This document shows positions 36,039-47,803 of a stretch of 64,000 nucleotides of DNA, in pieces. The position numbers and the translations under genes are program-made. The DNA lies in the IMG/VR virus record IMGVR_UViG_3300038361_000164, positions 146,264 to 210,263 of that record. One strand, given 5' to 3'. The notes under the pieces were generated by a model. It was not told the DNA's origin, searched no databases, and worked only from the letters and a program-made list of their open reading frames with translations. How positions within the stretch are numbered: the stretch's first letter is position 1; every line of letters starts with the position of its first letter.

Positions 36039-36665
36039 ATGGAATATAAACACCACGCATTAAAAACTTCAGTAGTAGGATTATCTGGCGCAGCCGATAT
36101 TTTAATACCAGGACCTGTAGAAACTATACTTGCTGGGGCCTTGGCTCCAAAGGGTAAAAAGGTTAGAGCAAGCACTCTAGCCACAGCGGATTCAACTATA
36201 GGTTCTGTTCCTGGCTATACTGCGTTGGCTATTGCTAGTAAAGCTCCATTAAAAAAATGATTCAAGAAACAAGAAGGATTTAAAAGTGGAGTGAAAAATG
36301 CTTTTAGCTCTTTACGAAAACTTAAAGCGAAACAACTTTATAAAACATATAAAGGACCTCTTGCTTTATTAGGAATAGGAAGTGCTTTAGGAAGTGCGTA
36401 TGGATATAATCGTGCTATAAAACAAGCAGAGTATGACCCAACTTTAGAACGACAACTTCCTGGCTGAGATAATCATCTTCTCCAAGGAAGAAAAAGACTT
36501 CTCAATACTTCTAAGAAGCTATCAAGTGAATCTATTCGCGCGTTAGGTGACGAATGAATTTTTAGAAAACCACCTAAGGGCGTGCGTAAATTTGGATACA
36601 CAGGACATATCTCTAAAAAAGCAGAAACAGTGTTCAATAAAGTAAAGGAATGGCATAATGAATAA
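36039..36665 (+). CDS. Basic Gly/Ala-rich putative virion protein (3 TGA=Trp)
   Basis: Frame open through the TGAs to TAA at 36663; C-terminal KKAETVFNKV motif variant. Confidence 0.6.
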
Positions 36666-37725
36666 ATCAGAATATATTTTCACTAAAATTGCAAAAGAAA
36701 AATTAATGGATCTTTGAGCCAAACAAAATGTGCCAATAGGCATGACAACCAAACAATGAAATGATGATTATAATTCTCAATGATATGATTATAGTGCAAA
36801 AAAGAAATCTACAGGTAGTAAATCTTTAATGGCTTTTGATAAAGAATATCGTTCTATGCATAAATATAACTTCACTGCAGCAGATCAAAAAAAATATGTA
36901 AGTCAATCGAGAAAACGAGCATTACTTACTGTAGGCACTTTAGGTGCTGTAGGTGCTTTAGGAGGCTATTTGGTGACTAAAAAATTTAAAAAATTTGCCA
37001 CAATAGGATCCACAAGAGGTGCAGCAATAGGAGCGGCAACCCTTGGAGGATTATCTGCCCTTTCGCAAGGAGCGCATGTACGCGGATCTTTTAAAGATTG
37101 ACAAAAAAGTAATAAAAATAAATCTTTTAAAGCATATACAAAATCAGAACGTGGAAAAGGAACTATAAATCCTGCTTTAAAAGAAGTGGGGAGTAATTTT
37201 ATGTGAGGAGGCTTATCTGGGGCTTACTTAGGTACTGGGTTTAGAAGAGCAACAAGTTATAAAGGCTATAAAGGCTATAAAGGCTATAAAGCTTCTACAC
37301 ATTCAGTAGATAGCTTATTAAAAACTTTTGGAGGAACTAAAGGACAGTTCAAGACTAAAAAAGATGTAAACATGGCTTGAAGAAGTGCGGCTAAAAAATA
37401 TCATCCAGATAGAAATCCAGGCAATATAAAAGCCGAAGCTAAAATGAAAAATATAAACAATGCGTATACAGAAGTAAAAACAACTGACTGGTTTAGCAAG
37501 CTTGCCGCGTTATATAAAGTAAGTGGGTCCATGGGTCAGAAAAGGTTAAATAGATTAGGAGGGCACACAGTTAAACAACTTCAGGCGCTAACCAAAGCAA
37601 TGAAGGCCGGAAAATTGACTCCTAAGGAAGGAGGAGCTTTACATGCGAAGATAATGAGAAAACTTCATCCGACACTTCAAAAAATAAATTATAAACTTCA
37701 AAAAGGAATAGATAAACTTCCATAA
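36658..37725 (+). CDS. Leader-bearing protein with glycine-zipper hydrophobic segments and an internal DnaJ J-domain (6 TGA=Trp)
   Basis: MNKSEYIFTKIA...; KDVKHG(W)RSAAKKYHPDRNPGNIKAEAKMKNINNAY with HPD at 37402-37410. Confidence 0.75.
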
Positions 37726-37730
37726 TAACA

Positions 37731-39131
37731 ATGGATAAGGCCCTTTTCATATTTGAAAAATTAGCAGCTGACCAGTCGCATCAAGCTAGAGTTCTAAAAA
37801 AGCTTGAAAAGACTAATAGGCTTTTGCTATACCATGGATTGGGTTCAGGAAAAACGTACACAGCGCTTCGAGCAGGTGAGAAATTTAAACAACATATCAC
37901 AGCAGTAGGTCCAGCAGCGCTTAAAGGCAACTTTCCTAAAGAGAAGCAGAAACATAACATAAAAGGCACCTTAAAATATTTTTCATATAATAAGCCTCCT
38001 ACAAAGGACGTGTCTAAAAATATAGTAGTATTTGACGAAGCACACAGAATGGGTAGAGTGGAATCACAGCGTTCACATTATCCAGATAAAATAAAAGGTA
38101 GCAAAACATTGTTCTTAACAGGAACACCAATTAGAAATGAACCAGCGGAATTAATACCTATTTTAAGAGGATTAGATATTCCAGTTGGAAGAGATAAAAA
38201 AAGATTTAATCAGGCATTTGTTCAAGAAATAAGACAAAAACCTGGATTCTTTGCTAGAGTATTTAAAGGGGTAAAACCAGGAACAATTAAGCGAGGCAAA
38301 AATTTAGGCATACTATCAAGAGCACTAAAAGGCAAGGTGGATTATCATGCTCCACAGACAAATAAAGATTATCCCTCAGTTAAAACTCAGCGAATCGAAA
38401 CTGTTATGTCAGAGCGACAACAATCTACCTATAACATGGTAATGAAAGAACATGCCGATTTGCGCTATAAAATTAGACACGGTATTGCGCCGTCTAAAAC
38501 AGAGTCATCTCGTATGAATGCGTTTTTAACAGCAGCCAGACAGGTATCCAATCGTCCGGGCAAATATAATTTAAGCGCTACAGAAGCTGACGCGCCCAAG
38601 ATAAACGCCGCATTCGACGAAATAAAGAGACGCCACAAAAAGAACAAAAGATATAGAGGTGTAACATACTCCACATATCTTGGGCACGGTATCGACCCAA
38701 TGGCTAAAAGATTGAGTAGAACTAAGATCCCATTTGCATCTTTCACAGGTAGACTTAATGATAAGGAAAAATCTAATATTATTAAAAAGTATAATACTGG
38801 AAAAATTAAACACCTACTTATTTCTGGCGCAGGCGCAGAAGGTTTAGATTTAAAAGGCACAAGATTATTACAGATAATGGAACCTCACTGGAACGAGCCG
38901 ATGTTAAAACAAATTAAGGGTAGAGTGAAACGATTTAAATCTCATACACATTTACCGAAAAAAGAGCGCAATATAACAATTCAGACGTATATTAATAAAC
39001 CACGTAAAACACGTTGGTTGAAAAAACAGCATAGCGGTACAGATGAATATCTAGAACTACTATCTAAAAACAAACAAAATCTTGTAAGCGATTTTACTAA
39101 CGTATTAAAGAGGGTTGGAAGTGCAAAGTAA
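37731..39131 (+). CDS. SNF2-like superfamily 2 helicase with MDKALFIFEKLA leader
   Basis: HGLGSGKT, DEAH, TGTPIRN, AGAEGLDL, EPHWN, QIKGRVKR. Confidence 0.85.
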   Translation: MDKALFIFEKLAADQSHQARVLKKLEKTNRLLLYHGLGSGKTYTALRAGEKFKQHITAVGPAALKGNFPKEKQKHNIKGTLKYFSYNKPPTKDVSKNIVVFDEAHRMGRVESQRSHYPDKIKGSKTLFLTGTPIRNEPAELIPILRGLDIPVGRDKKRFNQAFVQEIRQKPGFFARVFKGVKPGTIKRGKNLGILSRALKGKVDYHAPQTNKDYPSVKTQRIETVMSERQQSTYNMVMKEHADLRYKIRHGIAPSKTESSRMNAFLTAARQVSNRPGKYNLSATEADAPKINAAFDEIKRRHKKNKRYRGVTYSTYLGHGIDPMAKRLSRTKIPFASFTGRLNDKEKSNIIKKYNTGKIKHLLISGAGAEGLDLKGTRLLQIMEPHWNEPMLKQIKGRVKRFKSHTHLPKKERNITIQTYINKPRKTRWLKKQHSGTDEYLELLSKNKQNLVSDFTNVLKRVGSAK

Positions 39132-39642
39132 AGCAGAAATATTATTTGAGAAATTAGCCACTAAATTGGGTTTTATGAGGAAGGGGTTTTTTTCCCACAC
39201 AACAAGTAGAAGCGCTTTATCGAATATTCTATCTTCAGGTAAAATAAAAACAGGCAGATCATTAGGAAAAGCAGGACAAGGTTTTAGAAACATGGATGAT
39301 ATGGTTCCTGACAGTTTTAATGAGTATGTAAGTACTGGAAAAAATACTATCTATACCTCTGGAAAAAGATTTAGAGCTATATTAATGAAATCTCCGAAAA
39401 ATGAAGTAAGTAATTTAGGAAAAGAATCTTTACTTAAAGGAGATGTCGCATTAAGTTTAAAAAATACACGAGTCGCAGTACCAGCTAACAGACTTTCAGG
39501 TTACCAAAAAAAGTATCCTAAGTATAAATTTATAGCATCTGAAGATATAAAAACTAAAAGAATAACAAAGTACCAACCAAATAAAGAAGTACAGGAAGGT
39601 ATCAACTGGGGTGAATTAAACCAAGCATTTGGTAATTATTAA
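39121..39642 (+). CDS. Leader-bearing protein with ADP-ribosyltransferase-like (DarT/Tpt1-type HxT) N-terminus
   Basis: SKAEILFEKLA leader; FSHTTSRSALSNILSSGKI motif. Confidence 0.5.
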   Translation: MQSKAEILFEKLATKLGFMRKGFFSHTTSRSALSNILSSGKIKTGRSLGKAGQGFRNMDDMVPDSFNEYVSTGKNTIYTSGKRFRAILMKSPKNEVSNLGKESLLKGDVALSLKNTRVAVPANRLSGYQKKYPKYKFIASEDIKTKRITKYQPNKEVQEGINWGELNQAFGNY

Positions 39643-39649
39643 AATAGAT

Positions 39650-40588
39650 ATGGCAGATAACCCTTCAATAGTAGATCATTTTAGATACGGTAAGCGTCTT
39701 GTTAGACACAAGTATTTCATGCTTGGCCCAGGAAGACAGTTAGGGGTGCCATACAGCACACTTCTTGCCCACGACCTGTCAAAGTTTAGACCAAGTGAAT
39801 GGGGCTCTTATGTGAAGTATTGGCACGGTCCAAAAGGTATAACTGGGACAAGAGATCCAGAAGTATATAGAAAATTTAGAGAAGCGGCATCGCTTCACTA
39901 CAAACGAAATCCACATCACGGTCATAAGATCAACGTGGAACAAAAGCGTAAGCATCAATTAGAAGCAGTAACAGATTGGTATGCAACAACGAAAGCGAAT
40001 CAGCCTAGTGCTAAAAACTTTCCTAGCTTTGGCACATGGGTCAGAAAACATAATTCGACTGCTAGAAAGAAATTAATGGAACTAGGAGTAGACACGGAGA
40101 AATTAGCAATGCAAGATAAAGCAACATACGTATTTGAGAAGCTAGCAGGAGCCAAATGATCGCCCCTTTCACCATATAAATTTAATAAGTTTATACGTAA
40201 TCGTTTTGGAGAGAAGCTTCTGCTAAAGTCATTTGAAACTTCTAACAAACTTTGACCTCAGGATGTTAATACTTTACATGCCTATAAAACTTTTAAACGT
40301 ATGGTAGCAGATGTTAATAATGTTAGAACGATTAAAGATGCTAGAAAAGTAAATAAAACTTGATCAGACAATGTATGAAGGAAAAATCAAGACTTGGTAG
40401 CCCCAGGAAGAAGAAACAGCATAGAAGAGGTATTAATGGAAAGAACATTAATTACTCCTCTCGGGAAGAAAGAAGGCTTACCTATTAATAGGAATGTATT
40501 AACAACGAAGTTAGAGAAAAACATACCCTCTAAACTTCAGAAACAATCTTTAAGACTTATATTTAATAATAAATATAGTAAAAATTAA
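39650..40588 (+). CDS. DUF5662/HD-like domain fused to a second leader-bearing domain (4 TGA=Trp)
   Basis: RHKYF...HDLSKFRPSEW...HYKRNPHH; internal MQDKATYVFEKLA; frame open to 40588. Confidence 0.65.
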
Positions 40589-40604
40589 ATAAAGGACTAT
40601 AACA

Positions 40605-41102
40605 ATGAAAGATAAAGCACAAATAATATTTGAAAAGATAGCGAAGAAGGATATAATATCCTATTTACCGTTTACTAAAAAAAGACGTCAGAAAAACAGG
40701 GAAGCTTGGGTAAGAGAAACTCCTAAAGGTAAGAATTTTTCACGTAAAGTATTAGTGGCATATGTAGCAAAACACATGCGAAAAGGGGGGAGAAAAGTAG
40801 CAATTCACCCTAAAAACCGCCTAACTGTGCAACAAGTACGAGCTGCAAAACGTTCAGGCTCTCATTATAGCCAAGGAAGTTATAAACATGCAAGTAAAAA
40901 ACAAGCAGCATACAGTAGTTTGAAAAAAGTAAAAGGAATAGGATTGCCCGAATTAGACAAGTTAGTTAGCAAGATTAATATAACAAGTAAAAAATATTCC
41001 AAGGAAGGCAAAAAACTAATACCATTGCTAAATCGTAAAAACAAGGCCTCAGTTAATAGAATTAGAATGCGTAAGAATTTAGAAAAACGTTACCAAAAAT
41101 AA
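40605..41102 (+). CDS. Basic putative internal virion protein with MKDKAQIIFEKIA leader
   Basis: Leader motif; AAGGA RBS. Confidence 0.65.
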   Translation: MKDKAQIIFEKIAKKDIISYLPFTKKRRQKNREAWVRETPKGKNFSRKVLVAYVAKHMRKGGRKVAIHPKNRLTVQQVRAAKRSGSHYSQGSYKHASKKQAAYSSLKKVKGIGLPELDKLVSKINITSKKYSKEGKKLIPLLNRKNKASVNRIRMRKNLEKRYQK

Positions 41103-41103
41103 A

Positions 41104-41791
41104 ATGTATTTAGCAATAGAACACTCAGGAACAAACACCGGCTTAGATGCCGCAGAAAAGATACAACAATTTGCAGAAAACGAATTTGGCGCGAGTTGTG
41201 ACCAAGTTGTTGGAAGTACAGAAAAAAGCGAAGTTATTGTATATAACGAAGATCAAGAAATAGTAGGAATTTTTGGGGAGAACCCGACAGAAGATACCAT
41301 GCGTTTTACATTAGCCATGGCATATGACGAGGAGGACAATTAAATGGGAAACCAAATCACATACGGATCATTAGAACCTGGAGCACAAGAACGTGCTTAT
41401 GAGTTTTTAGTGAACGAAGAAATCAATCAAGACTCTATGAATAAACTTGCACTTGACACAGACGTAGGAGCTGAAAAAACTTTTATAAAACTAGCTGAAG
41501 AGTGAAAACCAAAAACTTTTACTGAGTTTGCTGAAAAGGTTGACGAAACATTTGAAGGTAAATTAAATGAAAAGCTTGCCAGATGGGAAAAGAAACTAGT
41601 ACTCGATCGCAGCCTAATTAAAGAGTTATTTATAAATGACACTGCCTAAGTGGGCGACTAAGTCCCGAAAATTTATTAAATGCTCTGTTTGTAAACAGAA
41701 TAAAGCCAGAGTTACAATTATAGTAACACCCAACGGAAATAGAAAAAGAAAAGTTGTTTGCAATAACGGCGGCTGTAGAGCAGAAAGATAA
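41104..41791 (+). CDS. Three small proteins: 41104-41343 (acidic), 41344-41649 (TGA=Trp) and 41636-41791 (CxxC...CxxxxC zinc-ribbon-like)
   Basis: Manual translation; abutting or overlapping genes. Confidence 0.55.
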
Positions 41792-41870
41792 TTCTTTGCT
41801 TTCTTGAGTGAAGTTTACTATATTTAAGTAATTTAAATTAAGAGGGGCTTGTGCCTATTTACCAAATAAA

Positions 41871-42713
41871 ATGAAAATACCTTTTATAAAATACATCGAA
41901 GCTTGTTTAGTTTCTAGAAAAACGCTATCCCAGATTCTAAGAGATTTGGAATCGCACAGCCTATCTATTCCAGATGGAGTTATTGATATCATATACAAAC
42001 AACTTAGCAAAATTTATCCTGACTACTTCACAAATGTTACAGAGATAGCTCACGCCGATTGGTTACAGGAAATTGAAGTGGACAGAATGTATAGTCATAT
42101 TACTAAGTTTGAAGTTCCACGAGGAACTACTGGAATTGAAGGAACTTTTAAAATTTTAGAAGACCCAACAATGTATAGACTCGTCACAGCGTTAGCGATA
42201 GCACATATTACAGATGAAGATATCGAGCTAATTGTTAACGGTAAATTTAATGTTCAATACTCCTCTGAAGACATAAAAGAATTTTTACACTATTTCTTTA
42301 ATGTTGAAGGATGGACTGTTAACGATCGAAAAGAATATATCAGAACTGTTAAGGATAAAAATTTAAGAATGGCGTATAATCTGGCTATAGATAAACCTAA
42401 AGATTATCTTGTTTGAAAACTTGGTGCTTCTCCTGACAAAACATTTGATGAAATGCTCGAAGACATGACAAGAGATTCTTATTATAACTTCAAAGAGTGG
42501 GCAAGAGATAATCCCGAAACTGCGCAAAGATGAGGTACATTGGCTGTCAAACTAATGGATCGTCTCGACAGAGTTAAAAAAGATAGTAAAGATAAATCGG
42601 ACTTTTTTGAAGAGATTATTTTTAAGGTAGAGGCAATCAGATCTAAAGTACCTGCGCCTAGCGAAGATGGTTCGAAAAAGAGACATATTTCCGAATTAAA
42701 TGAAGACAATTAA
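41871..42713 (+). CDS. Hypothetical protein, possible terminase small subunit (2 TGA=Trp)
   Basis: Open through the TGAs to TAA at 42711; first gene of the operon containing terL; function inferred from position only. Confidence 0.4.
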
Positions 42714-43476
42714 ATTAGCAGGAATACTAGATACTCCGCAAAGAGCTTTAGCGAGCGATGTTTGATTGCCAATTAATGGTACCTATAAACTAATACCACA
42801 AATTAAAGAGCAAATTTTAAGCAAACTATATTCTTTTGTGCCTAAGGAAATGGTTCAACAGGTATTGATTTTAGGATCAATTACAGGATATAAATATAAC
42901 CCAACCTCAGATATAGATGTTAATGTTTCTATACTTCCATATGACCTAAGGTTTAAAGAAGCACGTCACGATATTAATGGGTTTTTGGCGTTCGGTACAA
43001 GACGTCCAGTTAACTTCTATTTTACTGAATACAAATCAGACACCGTCTGGAATACAGCAGTCTTTGGAGTTTATAGCATACGCACCGGAGAGTGGCTTTC
43101 TGAGCCGCCAGATGCCAGTACTATACGAGATCCAAAAATAGAGTTTTTACACTCAATAGCATATGCTAAAATAAAAACTAGACAATTTAATAGATTAGTT
43201 AATAATTATAAAACTAAACTACAACAATATCATAGAACTATGTCGAAAAAAACCTTAACAGCGGTAGATCATCTGATGGCGAATAGATATCACAGAAATA
43301 CAGCTGTAGCGTATAAACAAGTTTTAGATATGGCCAGAGCAATTGATCAAGATCGAAAATTTGATTATTACTGAAGCTGGGGAACTCCTAGAAATAGCTT
43401 TAGAAACATTATTTATAAACTTGTAGAGTACGGCCCTCACGGTAAACTCTTCGAGTATTTAAAGGAAATAGAATAA
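42700..43476 (+). CDS. Pol-beta superfamily nucleotidyltransferase (2 TGA=Trp)
   Basis: ILGSITGYKYNPTSDIDVNV (GS...DxD); N-terminal MKTIKLAG. Confidence 0.75.
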
Positions 43477-43488
43477 CCAACCATAACA

Positions 43489-43698
43489 ATGGCTAAACTT
43501 AATAAAGATTTTGGAACAAAAGTGTACGTTGATGGTCCGCAGGATTTCAATAAAGCAATGAGACGATGAATAAAACGCGTAGACAGTTGTGGAATTATAC
43601 AAGAAGTAAGAGAAAGACAGTATTTTGTTAAGGCAAGTACGCTAAAGAGATTAAAACGTAAGAAATGTCAAATCGTGAACAGAAGACAATACGGCTAA
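43489..43698 (+). CDS. rpsU: Phage-encoded ribosomal protein bS21 (TGA=Trp at 43567)
   Basis: VYVDGPQDFNKAMRR(W)IKRVDSCGIIQEVRERQYFVKASTLKRLKRKK matches the S21 pattern; not in the ORF track. Confidence 0.8.
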
Positions 43699-46340
43699 AA
43701 AGAAGTGAATTTGCGCAAGCTACCCTTTGATTAGCTGGCCAACCTTTTTCATTAGCGGATTATCCACACCTTGTAGACATTTATGACTGTGAGGCGGCTG
43801 AGCAAGTATTACAGTTCTCTCGTCAAACAGCTAAATCAACCACATTGGCAGCTATGGCTGTATCCAATTGTGCGATGATACCGGATTTTAAAAATCTTTT
43901 CATAGCTCCTACTGTAGATCAGTCTAAAGTATATAGTCACGATCGTGTGAATCCTTTCCTTAAAAGTCCTTTAATTGCCAGTAATTATATAAACAGCTCT
44001 GTCGTACAGAACGTGTTTATGAAAGAAATGACTAATCGCTCTAAAATGTATATTAGATATGCACTTCTTGACGCGGATCGCATCAGAGGCTACACTTTGT
44101 CTAAATCGTTTAATTATAACACCTTACGTGGATGAATTAAACCTGAAAATCTAACAAAAGATGACTGGGTTTTGACAAAAAACGAAGCAACAAACGAATT
44201 CGAATATCAGCAACCTACAGAAATAATAGATGAGCCTTATGAAGGTCCTATGCATATTTATAAACTTAGAAATAAGGTTATGATGGAGGTAACCCCAGAT
44301 CATCGAATGCATGCTGATATGTTAAAACAAAAACATAAAGGAGCTCCATTTGGAACAGGTTGGCAAACTGAAATCCGCTCTAAAGATATTCATACTAAAA
44401 ATTTCAGAATGGGAATAGGAAATCCAGGCGAAGGTTGGTACAAAGATTCCTCACCAGAATTTTTTGAATTACCCGAATTGAAAACCAACATTAAAGCAAA
44501 CGGACAACCTTATCAAGATGGTAAAATAAGAACGTATAGTGCAATAAAAATACCTATCAAACCTTTTATGATATTTATGGGATGATGACTCGCAGAAGGT
44601 TGAACAGCACTTGATTCCATTACTATCGGAGTGTGTCAAGATAAGAATCATAACTTAGAGCACTGAACGGAAATTGATAATATAATGAAAGAGTTATTTC
44701 CAAAACATATTATTAGCAGTAATTCAATAACTTCTTGGAACTGTAGTTCCGAATACCGTACTTTATACGAATGACTAAAACCTCTTGGCAAGTCTGGGGA
44801 TAAATATATACCCAGAGAACTTCTTGAATATACCAAGTACTTGCCGGATTTGTTAGATGCGCTTTATAAAGGCGATGGAGATAATGTAAAAAATGGTAAA
44901 GTAAAATCTACTCACAAAGAATATTTAAGACTTTCTACCAAGTCTAGCGCTTTAGCAGATTCTGTACAAGAAGCTTGACTACGTTTAGGAAAATGAGCAT
45001 CTGTAAATCATCGTGACAGAAAATACGGACGCACATACACAGTTGAAGTGAGATCTCGAACTTATGGAAATTGGTTATTAAATAAATATAAAAAAACTAA
45101 GCACAAATATTTTGAAGAAAAACATTATAAAGGAAGGATTTATTGTGTAGTGGTGCCCAATGGAAATTTTGTAATGCGCCATGAAAATTCTAAAGTTCCT
45201 TTTATAACAGGCAACTCAGCAGATCAAAATAATTTTGATGAGTGCCAGGACTTACTACCAGACATTATTCCTGTTGTACAGGAAACCATGTCACGTTCTA
45301 CCTACAAATGGACTACATATTCCGGAACACCAAAACGTACTCGCGGAACTTTGGCCGATATATGGCACCGTTCTACGATGAATGAATTTGTTCTTAAATG
45401 TACTTCTTGTAATCATTGAAATATTCTTGCAGAAGACAATATCGGACCGACTGGTGTAATCTGTAGCAAGTGTAGCGCAGACATAGATGTAAGGCAAAAA
45501 GCAGAATGGGTGTCTACTTATTCTTTAACTCAAAAACCGGATCTAGAGGGATTTAGAGTGTGTGCTTTACACTTTGCAAAAGCTCCATGAGTTAATTGAG
45601 AAAAAGATATACTAGGAAAACGCAAAGTATACTCAAAGGCAAAGTTTCAAAACGAAGTATTAGCCGTAGAATATGATTCAGGCGTTAGCCCTATTACAAA
45701 GGATCAAGTAAAACGAGCCTCAACTGGACCACAGTATCACACAGAACCTCTAGGCATTGACAGTAGTTATGTGTCCATTATGGGAGTAGATTATGGTCCT
45801 GTGAATTCAGAAAATTCAAATACAGTAATTTCAATTGTTCAACAAAGAGGCCATGGGCTTGAAGTAGTGTTTGCCAAGAAGTATGTTGGCAAAGAAGCGG
45901 ATTATGCTTTCATACATAAAGATATTCCTAGATTAATGAAAAAATGAAACTGTGTGCAACTTGCAGCGGATTATGGAATGGGCGATGCTCCCAACTCCGA
46001 AATCCGATCGAAAGTGGGCTATCAAAAAGTTGTTGCTTTCCAAAATTTGCAATCACAAAAACAAGAAATACAATGAAATCCGAAAATGCCAGCGTATACG
46101 CTGAACAAAACCAGAGTGTTAAATAAGTTTTTTCGACAAATTAAAAGAGGTCAATTAACTTTTCCAGAATATCACAGTTTTGTGGACTTTACAGAAGATT
46201 TATTAAATGTACAAACAGAGGCAGACGAATCTTTGGGCACTATTAAATATATTAATATTGGTCCAGATGATTTTACATATGCTACATTGTACGCAACAAT
46301 TGCGGCAACTCTTTATTTTAAAATCGATTGGGCCGATTAG
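43665..46340 (+). CDS. terL: Terminase large subunit (gpA-like) with intein; about 14 in-frame TGA
   Basis: SRQTAKST Walker A, RIRGY|SAD..FDE Walker B, SGTPK, CxxC zinc finger, FQNEVLA, MGVDYG, AADYG, GPDD nuclease motifs. Confidence 0.9.
44094..45215 (+). mobile_element. 374-aa intein with LAGLIDADG homing endonuclease inserted in terL
   Basis: Starts TLSKSFNYNTLRG(W); block B VTPDHRM; FMG(W)(W)LAEG and LDALYKGDG; ends IYCVVVPNGNF...ITGN|S. Confidence 0.85.
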
Positions 46341-46391
46341 TTTATTAAAATAATACTTGACACTTACATGACGGGAGGATATATTTAAATT

Positions 46392-47791
46392 ATGTATACA
46401 TCTCTAGATCTTGAAACCTTTGGCAAACAAATATCTGAGCAGCATTTTCAGACAAAGGAATCATTGACTTCACTTTTATCTAAAGTAGCTTCTTCTCACG
46501 AACTTACCTCGCAACAAGTTCATCGAGTAGCGGAATCCGCTAATATAGATACTTATCTAAATATGATGAAAACAGCCGAAGAAAAATATATTAAATTTGA
46601 AGTTGCAGATCCAATTGCAGTAGCTCACGGCCAAACACAGGTAGTGAAAACTGCAAGTGTTGTTACTAATTATGATTATAACACCTCTTTGGAAGATCAT
46701 TTGCATGATCTTATTCCTTCGGCAGAAAAAACAGCTGAAGAAATAACTATACCAGAACCTACTAATACAGAAATGCAGAAAGAAGCTGGCCTTAAACTAG
46801 GAGCTGTTATTAGAAAAGAAAATCATTTATTAGACGATCAACTTATTATTGCAAGCGAATTTGACAGTATAGAAGGGTTAGTAAAACAAGCACTGTTGGG
46901 CGGAACCTCTTTTAGCGATATTGCTCATGTACTTAAAGTAGCAGCTCCTATTTCCAATATGGGACTAATCACACACATAAAAGCAGATCTAGAAAAAAAC
47001 ATTCCACACCATAACTTTGAAGTTGCTTCATGCGACAGAGACCTTAGAACAGATTCTAAATTATATAAAAAAGCTGCGGCTTTTGATAAATCTGTAGATA
47101 CCCTTATTACTAAGGTAGCTGAGTATACAGAAATCTTACAAGACTATGTGACTTATGTACAAGATAAAGAATTACCAATTTTACATAAAGAAGCTGGTGT
47201 TTTGAAGAAGGTTAAAAATGTAGGTGAATTTGTAGGAAAACACAAAGTAATGTCTACTATGGCTGTGTTTGTTCCGGTCTCTTATAAAGCGGGAAAAGAA
47301 AAAGGCAAAAGAGATATGTCTAAAAATATTAAAGTTATAAAGGGGAACAAATAATGTCTACAATACCTAAATTTACACAATCCAAAATGTTCAGTCGAAC
47401 CGTGAGCTCATTAGCAATGGTAGGACTTGCTTTTTTTGCAGATGCAGTTAGAGACGCATTACATGCTACTGGACAAAAAAGAAAATCTAGAAAATTCTTT
47501 GAACAAATGTTGGAACACCACCCTCAATTGCAAAAAGAAAAACCAGAGATAGTGGCTAAGTATTGGGCATCTTTAAATCATTTTGCACCATATATGGCTC
47601 AAGAGCCAATGGCTGCTGGTGCATATATTAGACAGTCTATTCAACGAGGTTATCAAGAAGAATTTGGTGGCCCACCTCCTGATACATTTTCCACTTTAAC
47701 AGATATAAATAAAAAACTTAGTGATCAAAAGAAAAAAGGACCTTCCGAATTAGTACAGTATGCCTTAAAGGGTTCTGGATTAATAAACTAG
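46392..47791 (+). CDS. Two head-morphogenesis proteins (46392-47354, 47354-47791)
   Basis: Between terL and the protease; many K-x-A motifs in the first. Confidence 0.55.
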
Positions 47792-47803
47792 GTATTCAAA
47801 TAA

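Noticed and set aside
33173-46340. Fragmented late ORFs as pseudogenes or sequencing errors
   Set aside because: Every break is an in-frame TGA with no frameshift, often at a conserved Trp, and essential genes such as terL are affected
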